Part shown: piece after piece, positions 16,601-24,000 of the stretch
Layout: each line of letters begins with the position of its first letter
How positions within the stretch are numbered: position 1 is the first letter of the stretch
Source of the DNA: Shewanella decolorationis S12
GTDB taxonomy: Bacteria > Pseudomonadota > Gammaproteobacteria > Enterobacterales > Shewanellaceae
DNA length: 24,000 nucleotides
NCBI RefSeq assembly: GCF_000485795.1
Contig: NZ_AXZL01000076.1
Location: 559,895 to 583,894 of the forward strand
Direction: 5' to 3'
Program-made: the position numbers and the translations under genes
The notes under the pieces: generated by a model
What the model was told of the DNA's origin: nothing
The model's database searches: none
The model's input: only the letters and a program-made list of their open reading frames with translations

Positions 16601-17317
16601 CTGGCTCTCGCGGATCCACGCCTCGACGCGTTGCGGATTGAGGCGTGAGCTAGGTGGATTTACCCCGTCTTCTTCCAAAATGGCGGCGATCATCGATTTG
16701 ACCGTTTCCATTTTGCCTTCTTTGGAGTGCACCGCCTTGGCGAGTTTTTCGATATGGCGCAGTGAATGCTCACCTTCACACAGGGCAAATTGGCGCGCAT
16801 AGGCTCGCAGTTCGCTACGGTTGCTGCCCGTGCTTAACAAAGTGCGATCGTTTTGAATAATCGCGCGATATTCGCGGGTGTTGAGCAAGTTGGTGGTGGC
16901 TACGCCCTGGCGTTTTAAATCCCGGCCGAGTTCTGCCATGGTGTGGCAGAGAATAGTGTCACCATTTTGCGATTTAATATAATCGCTTAACTCAAAACCT
17001 TTGGCGATAAAGCGGTAGTTCACCCCTTTACCATCACCCGCCGATGCCAGCACGGCTTGATAGAGCAAGCCATCGGCCTTTTGGTATTCGTAAATGATGT
17101 AGCTTGAATCGTGTGGCAAGTACCAACGCTCGAAACTATCGCGGGTTGAAGGCACCACGCGGCTAGGATATTCGCCATAAAATACCGGCACTAAACGTTG
17201 CAGAGTGGTTTTACCCGAGGCGTTAGTACCACAAATATTGGTATGGCCATTGAGGGCGAGTTCCACAACGCCCGGAAGGTGCGTATCAATCAGCACAATA
17301 CGAATCAAGCTTGGCAT
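13646..17317 (-). CDS. SMC/Rad50/MukB-like ABC ATPase with long coiled coils, 1223 aa (DUF3584-like)
   Basis: The Walker A motif GTNASGKTT (res 30-38; nt 17204-17230) was verified by translation. Roughly 600 residues in the middle are E/K/R/Q/L-rich with heptad-like character. The C-terminal head has SSSHGMAYLIL (signature-like) and VTIHWPIDELGTL (Walker B; D1148/E1149 at nt 13871-13876). Confidence 0.8.
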   Translation of the reverse strand: MPSLIRIVLIDTHLPGVVELALNGHTNICGTNASGKTTLQRLVPVFYGEYPSRVVPSTRDSFERWYLPHDSSYIIYEYQKADGLLYQAVLASAGDGKGVNYRFIAKGFELSDYIKSQNGDTILCHTMAELGRDLKRQGVATTNLLNTREYRAIIQNDRTLLSTGSNRSELRAYARQFALCEGEHSLRHIEKLAKAVHSKEGKMETVKSMIAAILEEDGVNPPSSRLNPQRVEAWIRESQLIQGFEVIRPEFEKLEQEFNQLLSAEMRLSSLSRGYRNDETLEADRLEIQQTLSKELNLKLRMLDDEWKEVRDELNLDLSAAKGDVAKCEYELDAIEDQHGAFLDANIEQAKADLDMLPNWRADMENLSERHKLQTEKHQDIEAAYNARRSKIGEQLNRELEGLHADQDKQREARDKQREVARADLDALEAQWRSQMDAGKASFSEQEYQFKLNAAELKLRVDGVTYTEEEKLSLAIFDERIHRADEEQESCNAKVERLTSDERKLRAKRDQANEALRIASLRVNERQTALDELHHMLFPQSHTLLEFLRKEAQGWEQSLGKVIAPELLHRTDLHPTVTGESDTVFGVHLDLKAIDVPEYAASEQELRIRLSKAEEALQSAQELQAEAESLLVAINVELDKLSRELTFARTAYKNSRDDLRRLFDEKRSEQDKINKALAERKAFAQQRLTQLDGELKQLKHQHQLWLEEQKEQALEARMEKQAYWQEVIGALDNQLGQIKATIDARRESAKAEQKACETWYKNELKSRGVDEDNILKLKQQIRELETKISRAEQRRSEVLRFDDWYQHTWLIRKPKLQTQLSDVKRAASEIDQQLKAKTQEVKTRRQQLETERKASDAAQIEASENLTKLRAVMRKLAELKLPANNEEAQGSLGERLRQGEDLLLKRDYLMGSVKQYVEHFDSVIASKSGSGLAETWERAREESSFINDKGIRLLDYRKLVPQLEQLLNVMVPQSIMALREQGRIFGVDLTAFYDVLADIDRRIASQSARITREVGEELFLDGVSESAVRIRSKISELEFWPELEQFVKAFKQWKADGFNGLPDEEYTNSMRRALDIIGRAALTGGIAKLLEIELRLKEGNSDLIIRTDRQLNESSSHGMAYLILCKFLLAFTRLLRGRADVTIHWPIDELGTLHHTNVKKIFDACGNNNISVLGAFPNPESEVLNLFENRYIINKQTKKLQVVKPKANPIADLLSKRLSKEAI

Positions 17318-17380
17318 TTCATTCCTTATCCAAACGGGAGCACCTTATGCACAAAGCGAACGATAAGGTCATCCAAAAGC

Positions 17381-17419
17381 GGCCTAAGACTTCATAAATC
17401 AGCGTTAAAAGTCTTGGCC
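17381..17419 (-). terminator. Large hairpin between ttrR and the SMC-like gene: possible ttrSR terminator or a leader structure
   Basis: On the minus strand: ggccaagactt - 16-nt loop - aagtcttaggcc (11 bp, one bulge), followed by gcttttgg. The T-run is short and the loop is large. Confidence 0.3.
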
Positions 17420-17435
17420 TTAAAAGTTAGCCCCT

Positions 17436-17464
17436 AAAATAAGGCAATCGTCGAGCCTTGGCAA
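17436..17464 (-). promoter_or_regulatory. Candidate sigma70 promoter for the SMC-like operon
   Basis: Minus strand: TTGCCA, 17 nt, TATTTT. It lies ~120 nt upstream of the ATG at 17317. Identified by eye only. Confidence 0.25.
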
Positions 17465-17541
17465 TTAAGCACCTAGGGCTGAATGCGTTAGCTCACATCA
17501 AACGGCCAAGGATACGCCAATTCGCGCGAACAAGGGCGGTT

Positions 17542-18153
17542 TTATGTGGGGGCAAGGCGATCGGCAATCCGGCCGTAGATTAATATCATCTCGGCGAGCG
17601 AGCCGACCTGCATGCCTTTCATTAAGTTCGCACGGTGAATTTCGACCGTACGCATAGCGATGCACAGCGTATCGGCAATCTCCTGATTCTTATAGCCTTT
17701 GGCGATAAGGGTAAGGATTTCCCGCTCCCGCGGTGTGAGAGTCTGATAAGTCTGAAGATATTGATTATCTTGATAATGCGCCTTGGCATGCTCTAGCGCT
17801 TTAACGACTGCGTCGGCCAACTTGGCACCATCGGCGGGCTTTTGGAAAAAATCCACCGCCCCGAGTTTTAGCGCCTCCACCGCCATGGGCACATCGCCAT
17901 GGCCAGTCAAATAAATCACAGCCAACGGACTATTGTGCTGCACTAATTGCGCATGTAATTGCGGCCCACTTAAGCCCGGCATACGCACATCGACTAAGGC
18001 GCAGCCAGGCTGGCTTAAGTCGATGGCGGCAAAAAACGCCTCGGCGCTATCAAAGTCGCGGATATTCAGGCCATAGCTTTCGAGCATAAACCGCAGCGAG
18101 CGGCGCACCGACTCATCATCATCGATTAAATACACGGGCAATGCGTGGCTCAT
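17542..18153 (-). CDS. ttrR: Tetrathionate response regulator (REC plus LuxR/FixJ-type HTH)
   Basis: Receiver domain (DDDESV...VDVRMPGLSG...) plus the HTH LTPREREILTLIAKGYKNQEIADTLCIAMRTVEIHRANLM. It overlaps the kinase gene by 4 nt. The locus is arranged as ttrSR divergent from ttrBCA. Confidence 0.8.
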   Translation of the reverse strand: MSHALPVYLIDDDESVRRSLRFMLESYGLNIRDFDSAEAFFAAIDLSQPGCALVDVRMPGLSGPQLHAQLVQHNSPLAVIYLTGHGDVPMAVEALKLGAVDFFQKPADGAKLADAVVKALEHAKAHYQDNQYLQTYQTLTPREREILTLIAKGYKNQEIADTLCIAMRTVEIHRANLMKGMQVGSLAEMILIYGRIADRLAPT

Positions 18154-20138
18154 GCTGGTGCTCCATCAAACTTACGGGGTAAGGATACCTGCGCTTGGCA
18201 GCCGCCACTTAAAGCGGTTTCTAGGCTAAAGCGGCCGCCATGACTCTCGGCGATATCACGGCAAATCACCAGCCCTAGCCCTAAGCCCTCAGACTTAGTC
18301 GAATAAAAGGCCTGCATCAGCAGATTGGCATCCTCAGTTAAACCTGTGCCATTGTCTGTGACCGTGAGCAGTAGCTTGTGTTCTTGGTAACGCAGGTCGA
18401 TATCAATCGTGGGCTGATAGGGTTTCGACGCATCGACCTCGCTCTGCTGGCGTTGCACACAGGCATCGGCGGCGTTTTTCAAAAGGTTGAGCAATAGTTG
18501 CTGCATGCCCACTTCATCTAAAGGCAATTGATAGGCTTCGCCGCTCACATTGGTCGAAAGCTGGATATGGTGCTGCTCCAGTTCATAGGCGAGCAGCGGC
18601 GCAGTATCGTTCACTAACTGATGTAAATACAGAAGCTGCTTAGACACAGGCCGCTTTTTCAATAAATTACGTAAACGGCTGATAATACTGTCGGCGCGGC
18701 TGACTTCTTGCTGGATTAAAGTCAGCACGGATTGTAATTCTTCAGGACTCGTCCCTCGTTGTAAACGTACCTCGGCGCCATGGCAATAATGGCCAATCGC
18801 CGCCAAAGGTTGATTGAGTTCATGGGAGAGGCTCGCCCCTAACTCCCCCGCAATCGCAATCCGCTGGGCATGCTCCAACAGGGCGCGGTTTTCACTGAGT
18901 TGTCTCTGGGTGTTTATCAACTCACGGCCGCGGCGACTAAAACGATATTCTAGCCAGAAATGGTACACATTGAGCAATACCAATATGGTTAACACAAACC
19001 ATGCCCAATGTTGATGCAGTTTTACCCATTGCCACGCCCGCTGCCACCAAGGCGTTTGCAGGGGATGCATATCGAGATCTTTAAGGAGTTGATCTATCGC
19101 CAGTTGGCTAACGGCCGTGGTCCAACCCGCAGATTCAGCGGCTTTAGCGGCGGGACTGTCCTCGGGTAGGGCAAACAGGGCTTGAGTCACCTGTTTTGCG
19201 AGCGATTGAGTCGCACGGTTGGTTTTAGCCATAGACCAGTTGGGGTATAACCGACTCGACACTTGGCAATGAAACCCCGCTGGCGCCTGATTATCGAGCA
19301 CCCGATAATTTTGCAGCTTGATCAAACCTTCAGCCTGCATTTGCTCAAGCTGACATACAGGCACGACCGCTGCATCTAAACTTGGGGATTTATCGCTTGG
19401 CTTATCTGCCGCACCGAGCTGATAAATAAGGTTATCGAGTGGAAAGCCTAAGGGAATAATCTCCCCCACAAAATCAGGTAAATCTATGCCCTTAAGCTGT
19501 GCCTCATAAACTAAAGTAAGATAACCACCAAAGGCATTTTTGGAGACAATTCCAAGGCGCTTGCCCTTAAGATCCTGTAAGGTCTGATAGGGTGAATCGG
19601 CTCTGACCACCAGCGCAGACCCCACTTGCATCGCGGCGCCATTATTGATTGGGCTTCGTAGGGTGGCGAGCCAAGACAGGGAAAATTGCCGCGCCAACAT
19701 CACCGACTGCCCAGGGTTAGTGATAACAAAGTCCAACGCTTCGGTTTCAACGCCTTTGGCTAATTCTTCAATGCTTAAAGGATGCAATCTAAAGTAACTA
19801 TTAGGTATTTGCGACTCAAGCCAGCCCATCAAAGGCTGCCAACGATTGACTGTGCTCTTATAGCCCCGAATGGCCAATACGCCTACATCGACCACTTGAT
19901 AACCCGCCTCGGAAGACAAAGTCGCAAGACTGTCGCTAACCAAAGCGTTATTTGCATCGAGGGCGGCTAAGGTAAGGGATGTTGATGATTCTGTGGTGGA
20001 CTCTTGCCTCCCAAGCACGTTAACTGCGGCAGGATTCACGCCCGTGCTTGACATGGCAGCAGGGCTACACACTAATAATATCAATAAGATGATAAGCGTA
20101 TTACTAGGCCATCGCGCAGCACAAAAGCCAACGCTCAT
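18150..20138 (-). CDS. ttrS: Tetrathionate sensor histidine kinase with a periplasmic PhnD/PBP-like domain
   Basis: Contains the HisKA H-box LSHELNQPLAAI and ATPase blocks NLLKNAADA, DNGTGL and GLGLGLVICRDIAESHGG. The ~330-aa periplasmic region lies between two TM segments. The track start at 20204 is a TTG. I prefer the ATG at 20138 (MSVGFCAARWPSNTLIILLILL...), but the start is uncertain. Confidence 0.8.
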   Translation of the reverse strand: MSVGFCAARWPSNTLIILLILLVCSPAAMSSTGVNPAAVNVLGRQESTTESSTSLTLAALDANNALVSDSLATLSSEAGYQVVDVGVLAIRGYKSTVNRWQPLMGWLESQIPNSYFRLHPLSIEELAKGVETEALDFVITNPGQSVMLARQFSLSWLATLRSPINNGAAMQVGSALVVRADSPYQTLQDLKGKRLGIVSKNAFGGYLTLVYEAQLKGIDLPDFVGEIIPLGFPLDNLIYQLGAADKPSDKSPSLDAAVVPVCQLEQMQAEGLIKLQNYRVLDNQAPAGFHCQVSSRLYPNWSMAKTNRATQSLAKQVTQALFALPEDSPAAKAAESAGWTTAVSQLAIDQLLKDLDMHPLQTPWWQRAWQWVKLHQHWAWFVLTILVLLNVYHFWLEYRFSRRGRELINTQRQLSENRALLEHAQRIAIAGELGASLSHELNQPLAAIGHYCHGAEVRLQRGTSPEELQSVLTLIQQEVSRADSIISRLRNLLKKRPVSKQLLYLHQLVNDTAPLLAYELEQHHIQLSTNVSGEAYQLPLDEVGMQQLLLNLLKNAADACVQRQQSEVDASKPYQPTIDIDLRYQEHKLLLTVTDNGTGLTEDANLLMQAFYSTKSEGLGLGLVICRDIAESHGGRFSLETALSGGCQAQVSLPRKFDGAPA

Positions 20139-20238
20139 CGCTGTTTGGAGTATGTAAAATAACGTCCTGTACAATACTTCGTCCCCATAACTTACAAAAA
20201 ACAATCACAGCAGAATGCGCTATTGTAGCGAATATTTG

Positions 20239-20252
20239 TTGCGCTAGATCAA
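20239..20252. promoter_or_regulatory. FNR/CRP-family (EtrA-like) half-consensus site in the ttrS/ttrB divergent promoter region
   Basis: TTGCG-ctag-ATCAA compared with TTGAT-N4-ATCAA: the right half is perfect and the left half matches 3 of 5. It lies ~141 bp upstream of the ttrB ATG. Confidence 0.25.
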
Positions 20253-20392
20253 ACCCTCTGCCGCTATGTGGAAAACCACTATAGTTATCCCCCCTTCACT
20301 TTACCAGAATGCCCTTAAACCCAGCCCTTAGTCTCAGCCGCTGATATCTACGGGCATGAAGTGAGCTTTCTGTAAGAGTGAAGGAAATCCCT

Positions 20393-21148
20393 ATGGACAA
20401 GAGTAAACGTCAGTTTCTCGGCAAAATGGCCAGTGTGAGTGTCGGCGCCGCGCTCATTCCCGTCGTGCAAGTGCAAGCCCAACAGGCACAAACTGCAGCT
20501 ACGGGCAAACGCTACGGCATGGTGATTGACCTGCGCCGCTGTGTTGGCTGTCAGGCCTGTACCGTGGCGTGTACCTTCGAAAACCTGCCGCCCTTGGGGC
20601 AATTTCGTACCACAGTGCAGCAATACGAAGTGTCGCAACAGGATGCAGCCACGCCGCCCGCATTCTTGATGTTGCCAAGACTATGTAATCACTGTGAAAA
20701 CCCGCCTTGCATCCCGATTTGCCCCACGGGTGCTACCTTCCAACGCCCAGATGGCATTGTGGTCGTCAACAACGAATGGTGCGTCGGCTGCGGATATTGT
20801 GTGCAGGCTTGCCCCTATGATGCGCGCTTTATCAACCATGAGACCAACACCGCCGATAAATGCACCTTCTGCGCTCACAGGCTCGAAGCTGGACTCTTAC
20901 CCGCCTGTGTCGAAACCTGCGTCGGCGAAGCGAGGGTGATTGGCGATCTAAACGATCCTCACAGCCACATCAGCCAACTACTCAAAGCGAATCAAGCGGA
21001 TATCAAGGTGCTCAAGCCCGATGCCAATACGGGACCTAGAGTGTTTTACATCGGCATGAACAGCGCCTTTGAAGATCGCATCAACGGCCAAGCCCCCGTT
21101 CGCACCCTACTGACAGACACTGGCGAGGAGATCCACCATGGTCATTAA
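20393..21148 (+). CDS. ttrB: Tetrathionate reductase 4Fe-4S ferredoxin subunit
   Basis: Tat-like leader MDKSKRQFLGKMASVSVGAALIP and four Cys clusters (CVGCQACTVAC, CNHCENPPCIPIC, CVGCGYCVQACP, CTFC...). I prefer the ATG at 20393 with SD aAGGAaatccctATG over the track's GTG at 20378. Confidence 0.85.
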   Translation: MDKSKRQFLGKMASVSVGAALIPVVQVQAQQAQTAATGKRYGMVIDLRRCVGCQACTVACTFENLPPLGQFRTTVQQYEVSQQDAATPPAFLMLPRLCNHCENPPCIPICPTGATFQRPDGIVVVNNEWCVGCGYCVQACPYDARFINHETNTADKCTFCAHRLEAGLLPACVETCVGEARVIGDLNDPHSHISQLLKANQADIKVLKPDANTGPRVFYIGMNSAFEDRINGQAPVRTLLTDTGEEIHHGH

Positions 21149-22238
21149 AGAAATCTTTACTCCAGATATCGCCATCACTTGGCTGCCATGGGCGGTGCAA
21201 TACTTCTTTTTAATGGGTTTGGCCTACGCCAGTGTGTGGGTGGCGACCATTCATTTATGTAGTGCAAAACAAACCGATGCCAGACTGCTCAAGCTCTGCG
21301 CCTGCTTGATGCTCACAGCAGGTATAGTCGCGCCGATTGCGCTGCTTGCTGACCTACATCAACCGCTACGGGCATGGCATTTCTATGCCCAAATCAGGCC
21401 GTATTCGTGGATGTGGTACGGCGCCTTTTTACTGCCGATATTTTCGGGCACGAGTCTAGTGTTTGCTTGGTTGTTACTGCGGCCTTACCTACCTCAGGCG
21501 CACTCTTCTCTTACAAGTTCGGCTGAAGAAGCGGATTGGTTGAGCCGCATCGGTCAATGGCTCAGATTCGGTAATTGGAGCAGCGATAAATGGCTAAAAC
21601 CCATTGCGCTCATCGCCACTTTGAGTGCGTGCTCGATTGCGCTTTACACCGGAATGGAGACCATGGCGATCAAAGCGCGGCCACTTTGGCATACCTATTG
21701 GTTGCCGCCATTGATGGCAACCAGTGCCCTGCTTGCCGCCTGCGGCACCCTAGCCGTGCTTAATCGCATTTTGCACGGTTATCAAGCCAGCACCCAAGAC
21801 AGGTTACTGCAATGGGTCAGGGCAAGCTTTGGCCTCTTCGCCCTGTGTCTTATCGGCTGGGCCTTATTCGATAACGGCTCGGCGCACGAAGCCGCGTTGT
21901 TATTAGACACCAGCCCAAGCTGGCAACTGGCCGCCATTTGGGTCTTAGTCACCCTCGCTTTGCTGGCATTGGTATTAGCAGTGCGCCGCCTCCCCTCGGT
22001 ATTGATGTTAGTCGTCAGTTTAACGGCGGTACATCTGGCATGGGGATTTCGCTGGATTGTACTTATCCAAGCGCAAACCGACCCTAAATACGGTGCGGGC
22101 ACTTACTTCTATCAACTGCCATGGGGGCCAGAGGGCCTATTAGGCATCGCTGGCACCTTCGGCCTCTGGCTCGCACTGATGGTGTTAGTGTCTGAATTTA
22201 TTCGCCATCAACCACGCTCAGCCCAACAGACCTTGTGA
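21138..22238 (+). CDS. ttrC: Tetrathionate reductase membrane anchor (NrfD/PsrC family)
   Basis: 366-aa polytopic protein lying between the FeS and molybdopterin subunits. An SD gaggag is present, and the gene overlaps ttrB by 11 nt. Confidence 0.8.
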   Translation: MVIKEIFTPDIAITWLPWAVQYFFLMGLAYASVWVATIHLCSAKQTDARLLKLCACLMLTAGIVAPIALLADLHQPLRAWHFYAQIRPYSWMWYGAFLLPIFSGTSLVFAWLLLRPYLPQAHSSLTSSAEEADWLSRIGQWLRFGNWSSDKWLKPIALIATLSACSIALYTGMETMAIKARPLWHTYWLPPLMATSALLAACGTLAVLNRILHGYQASTQDRLLQWVRASFGLFALCLIGWALFDNGSAHEAALLLDTSPSWQLAAIWVLVTLALLALVLAVRRLPSVLMLVVSLTAVHLAWGFRWIVLIQAQTDPKYGAGTYFYQLPWGPEGLLGIAGTFGLWLALMVLVSEFIRHQPRSAQQTL

Positions 22239-22300
22239 GCCTCATCGCTTTAATTAAGAGCATTGGCATTAAGAAAAGTTACCGCATTAAGGAGTCCGTA

Positions 22301-24000
22301 ATGGATAAGAGTAAACGTCGTTTTATCAAAGGCGCAGCTGTGACGGGTGGCGTGGGATTATTTGCCGCAGGTTACAGCCATACCTTAGCGCAAATGGGCA
22401 AAGGTGTGGTAAATGGCAGTTCGGGCAAGACCACCCAAGATCCCATCCATGGCAATTCGCTAGCCCCTGAATATAAAGTAGATTTAACCTCAGGCCAGTT
22501 GATTGGCAACGATGAGCAACGCATCGCCAATACCATGTGTCTCGGCTGCTGGACCAAATGCGGCGTGCGCGCCCGTATCGATAATAAGACAGATAAGATC
22601 CTCCGCATCAGCGGCAATCCCTATCATCCACTCTCGGCGCGGGAACATATCGACTTCGATACCCGGATCAAAACCGCCTTAGTCGGCTTAAGTGCCTATC
22701 AGGAGCAGGGCTTACAGGGGCGCTCAACCGCCTGCGCCCGTGGCAATGCCATGTTGGAACAATTAGATAGCCCCTATCGCGTCACCCAATGTCTTAAACG
22801 GGTCGGGCCGCGCGGCAGTGGTCAATGGCAAAGCATCAGTTTCGAGCAACTGCTGACTGAGGTCGTCGATGGCGGTGACTTATTTGGTGAGGGACATGTC
22901 GAAGGCTTAAGGGCAATTCGCGATATCAGTACGCCACTCGATGCCAATAATCCTGAATATGGCCCCAAGGCAAACCAGCTCTTAGTGTCAAACGCCTCGG
23001 ATGAAGGCCGAGATGTCATTATTAAACGCTTTACCTTCAATAGTTTCGGTACACGAAATTTTGCCAACCACGGCGCCTATTGCGGCTTTACCTATCGCGC
23101 TGGGGCGGGTGCCCTGCTCGACGATTTAAAGAAATACGCTCACCTTAAACCCGATTGGGACAATAGCGAGTTTTTGCTGTTTATCGGTACCTCGCCGCAG
23201 CAGTCGGGCAACCCTTTTAAACGCCAAGCGCGGCAATTGGCCAACGCTCGGGTCGATGGGCGAGAATTCAGCTATGTGGTGGTGTCGCCCATGCTGCCTA
23301 ACACCTCGAACCAGCCCTGCGCGGGTAACAATACTTGGCTGCCCATTCGCCCCGCAACCGACTCAGCCCTCGCCATGGGCATGCTGCGCTGGATTATCGA
23401 TAACCAGCGCTACGCCAGTGCGTTTTTAACCGCGCCCAATGCCGAGGCGGCGAAAGCAGCTGGCTACCGAGGCTTTAGTAATGCCAGCTTCTTAATCATC
23501 AGCACGCCAAATCACCCCAGATACGGCCAATATTTGTATGCCAGCGATCTCGGCCTGCCCTTCGAAGGCAAAGCCTATGGCGAGCAGGATTCTCCACTGG
23601 TTGTCGATGCCGCTACTGGGCAGATCCTACCAGCCAGACAATGCGCCAAGGCACAACTTGAGGTTGAGCAAAGCGTGAATACGCCAAAGGGCGAGCTGAG
23701 CGTGAAATCCAGTTTTCAGCTGCTCAGTGAAGCCGCGCGCAGCGTCGAGATGGCCGACTACGCCAAGGAGTGCGATATTAGCGAGGCGCAAATTGCGGCC
23801 CTCGCCCACAAGTTTACTAGCCATGGCACTAAGGCGGCGGTGATTTCCCACGGCGGCACCATGAGTGCTAACGGTTTTTACAGCGCATGGGCGATCATGA
23901 TGCTTAACGCCATGATAGGTAACCTAAATCTTAAGGGCGGCGCGATAGCTAAGGGCGGTACTTTCCCCGCCTTTGGTGCGGGTCCAAGGTACAATTTGCA
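22301..24000 (+). CDS. ttrA: Tetrathionate reductase molybdopterin catalytic subunit, N-terminal ~566 codons; continues beyond the window end
   Basis: Absent from the ORF track because it is open at the window end. My translation from the ATG at 22301 reads MDKSKRRFIKGAAVTGGVGLFAAG (twin-arginine leader) ...NTMCLGCWTKCGVRARI (CxxCxxxC FeS motif) ...ISGNPYHPLS...RSTACARGNAMLEQLDSPYR...WQSISFEQLLTEVVDGGDLFGEGHVEGLRAI. This closely parallels Salmonella TtrA as I recall it. Confidence 0.85.
   Translation, partial: MDKSKRRFIKGAAVTGGVGLFAAGYSHTLAQMGKGVVNGSSGKTTQDPIHGNSLAPEYKVDLTSGQLIGNDEQRIANTMCLGCWTKCGVRARIDNKTDKILRISGNPYHPLSAREHIDFDTRIKTALVGLSAYQEQGLQGRSTACARGNAMLEQLDSPYRVTQCLKRVGPRGSGQWQSISFEQLLTEVVDGGDLFGEGHVEGLRAIRDISTPLDANNPEYGPKANQLLVSNASDEGRDVIIKRFTFNSFGTRNFANHGAYCGFTYRAGAGALLDDLKKYAHLKPDWDNSEFLLFIGTSPQQSGNPFKRQARQLANARVDGREFSYVVVSPMLPNTSNQPCAGNNTWLPIRPATDSALAMGMLRWIIDNQRYASAFLTAPNAEAAKAAGYRGFSNASFLIISTPNHPRYGQYLYASDLGLPFEGKAYGEQDSPLVVDAATGQILPARQCAKAQLEVEQSVNTPKGELSVKSSFQLLSEAARSVEMADYAKECDISEAQIAALAHKFTSHGTKAAVISHGGTMSANGFYSAWAIMMLNAMIGNLNLKGGAIAKGGTFPAFGAGPRYNL

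Noticed and set aside
13998-16802. Numerous 60-170-aa ORFs on both strands inside the SMC-like gene (for example 15369..15875 +, 14867..15235 +, 14857..15135 -)
   Set aside because: All are nested in or antisense to a 3.7-kb ORF with clear ATPase motifs. Their Ser/Arg/Leu-rich composition is what antisense translation of an E/K/L/Q-rich coiled-coil gene produces.
20138-20393. Track start codons TTG at 20204 (ttrS) and GTG at 20378 (ttrB)
   Set aside because: Downstream ATGs give the expected N-termini: a TM/signal segment for the kinase and the MDKSKRQFL Tat leader with an SD for TtrB. The ORF-maximal starts are probably over-extensions. The ttrS start remains uncertain.

Overview
The proteins look like those of a Shewanella-type gammaproteobacterial chromosome. 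That is my recognition of the sequences and cannot be verified here.

Core genes:
- 5' part of a DPP-IV-family peptidase (-, open at the window start)
- fbp (+)
- hchA, a LuxR-solo regulator and a small membrane protein (all -)
- yqhA (+)
- a DAACS-family transporter (-)
- a complete tetrathionate-respiration locus: ttrS-ttrR (-) divergent from ttrB-ttrC-ttrA (+, ttrA runs off the window end)

Two accessory loci stand out.

(1) 2634-5984. The gap between the convergent genes fbp and the membrane-protein gene holds a low-GC operon at 3164-5462 encoding proteins of 346, 137 and 277 aa. I cannot assign the first two to any family. The third has a PD-(D/E)xK nuclease-like motif. The operon is bracketed by two copies of a ~290-bp element in inverted orientation (2748-3038 and 5506-5797). 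The copies differ by compensatory stem substitutions and also contain perfectly identical blocks, which suggests a structured RNA or ssDNA element. Mirrored arrays of ~55-nt REP-like hairpin units lie outside them.

(2) 17317->10861 on the minus strand. A translationally coupled four-gene operon encodes a 1223-aa SMC/Rad50-like ABC ATPase, a 220-aa MksE/JetB-like protein, a 407-aa putative kleisin and a 290-aa JetD-like Toprim protein. This is a Wadjet/MksBEFG-like system with a non-canonical SMC-first gene order and a short Toprim subunit.

All family assignments are by eye from motifs. No searches were run.
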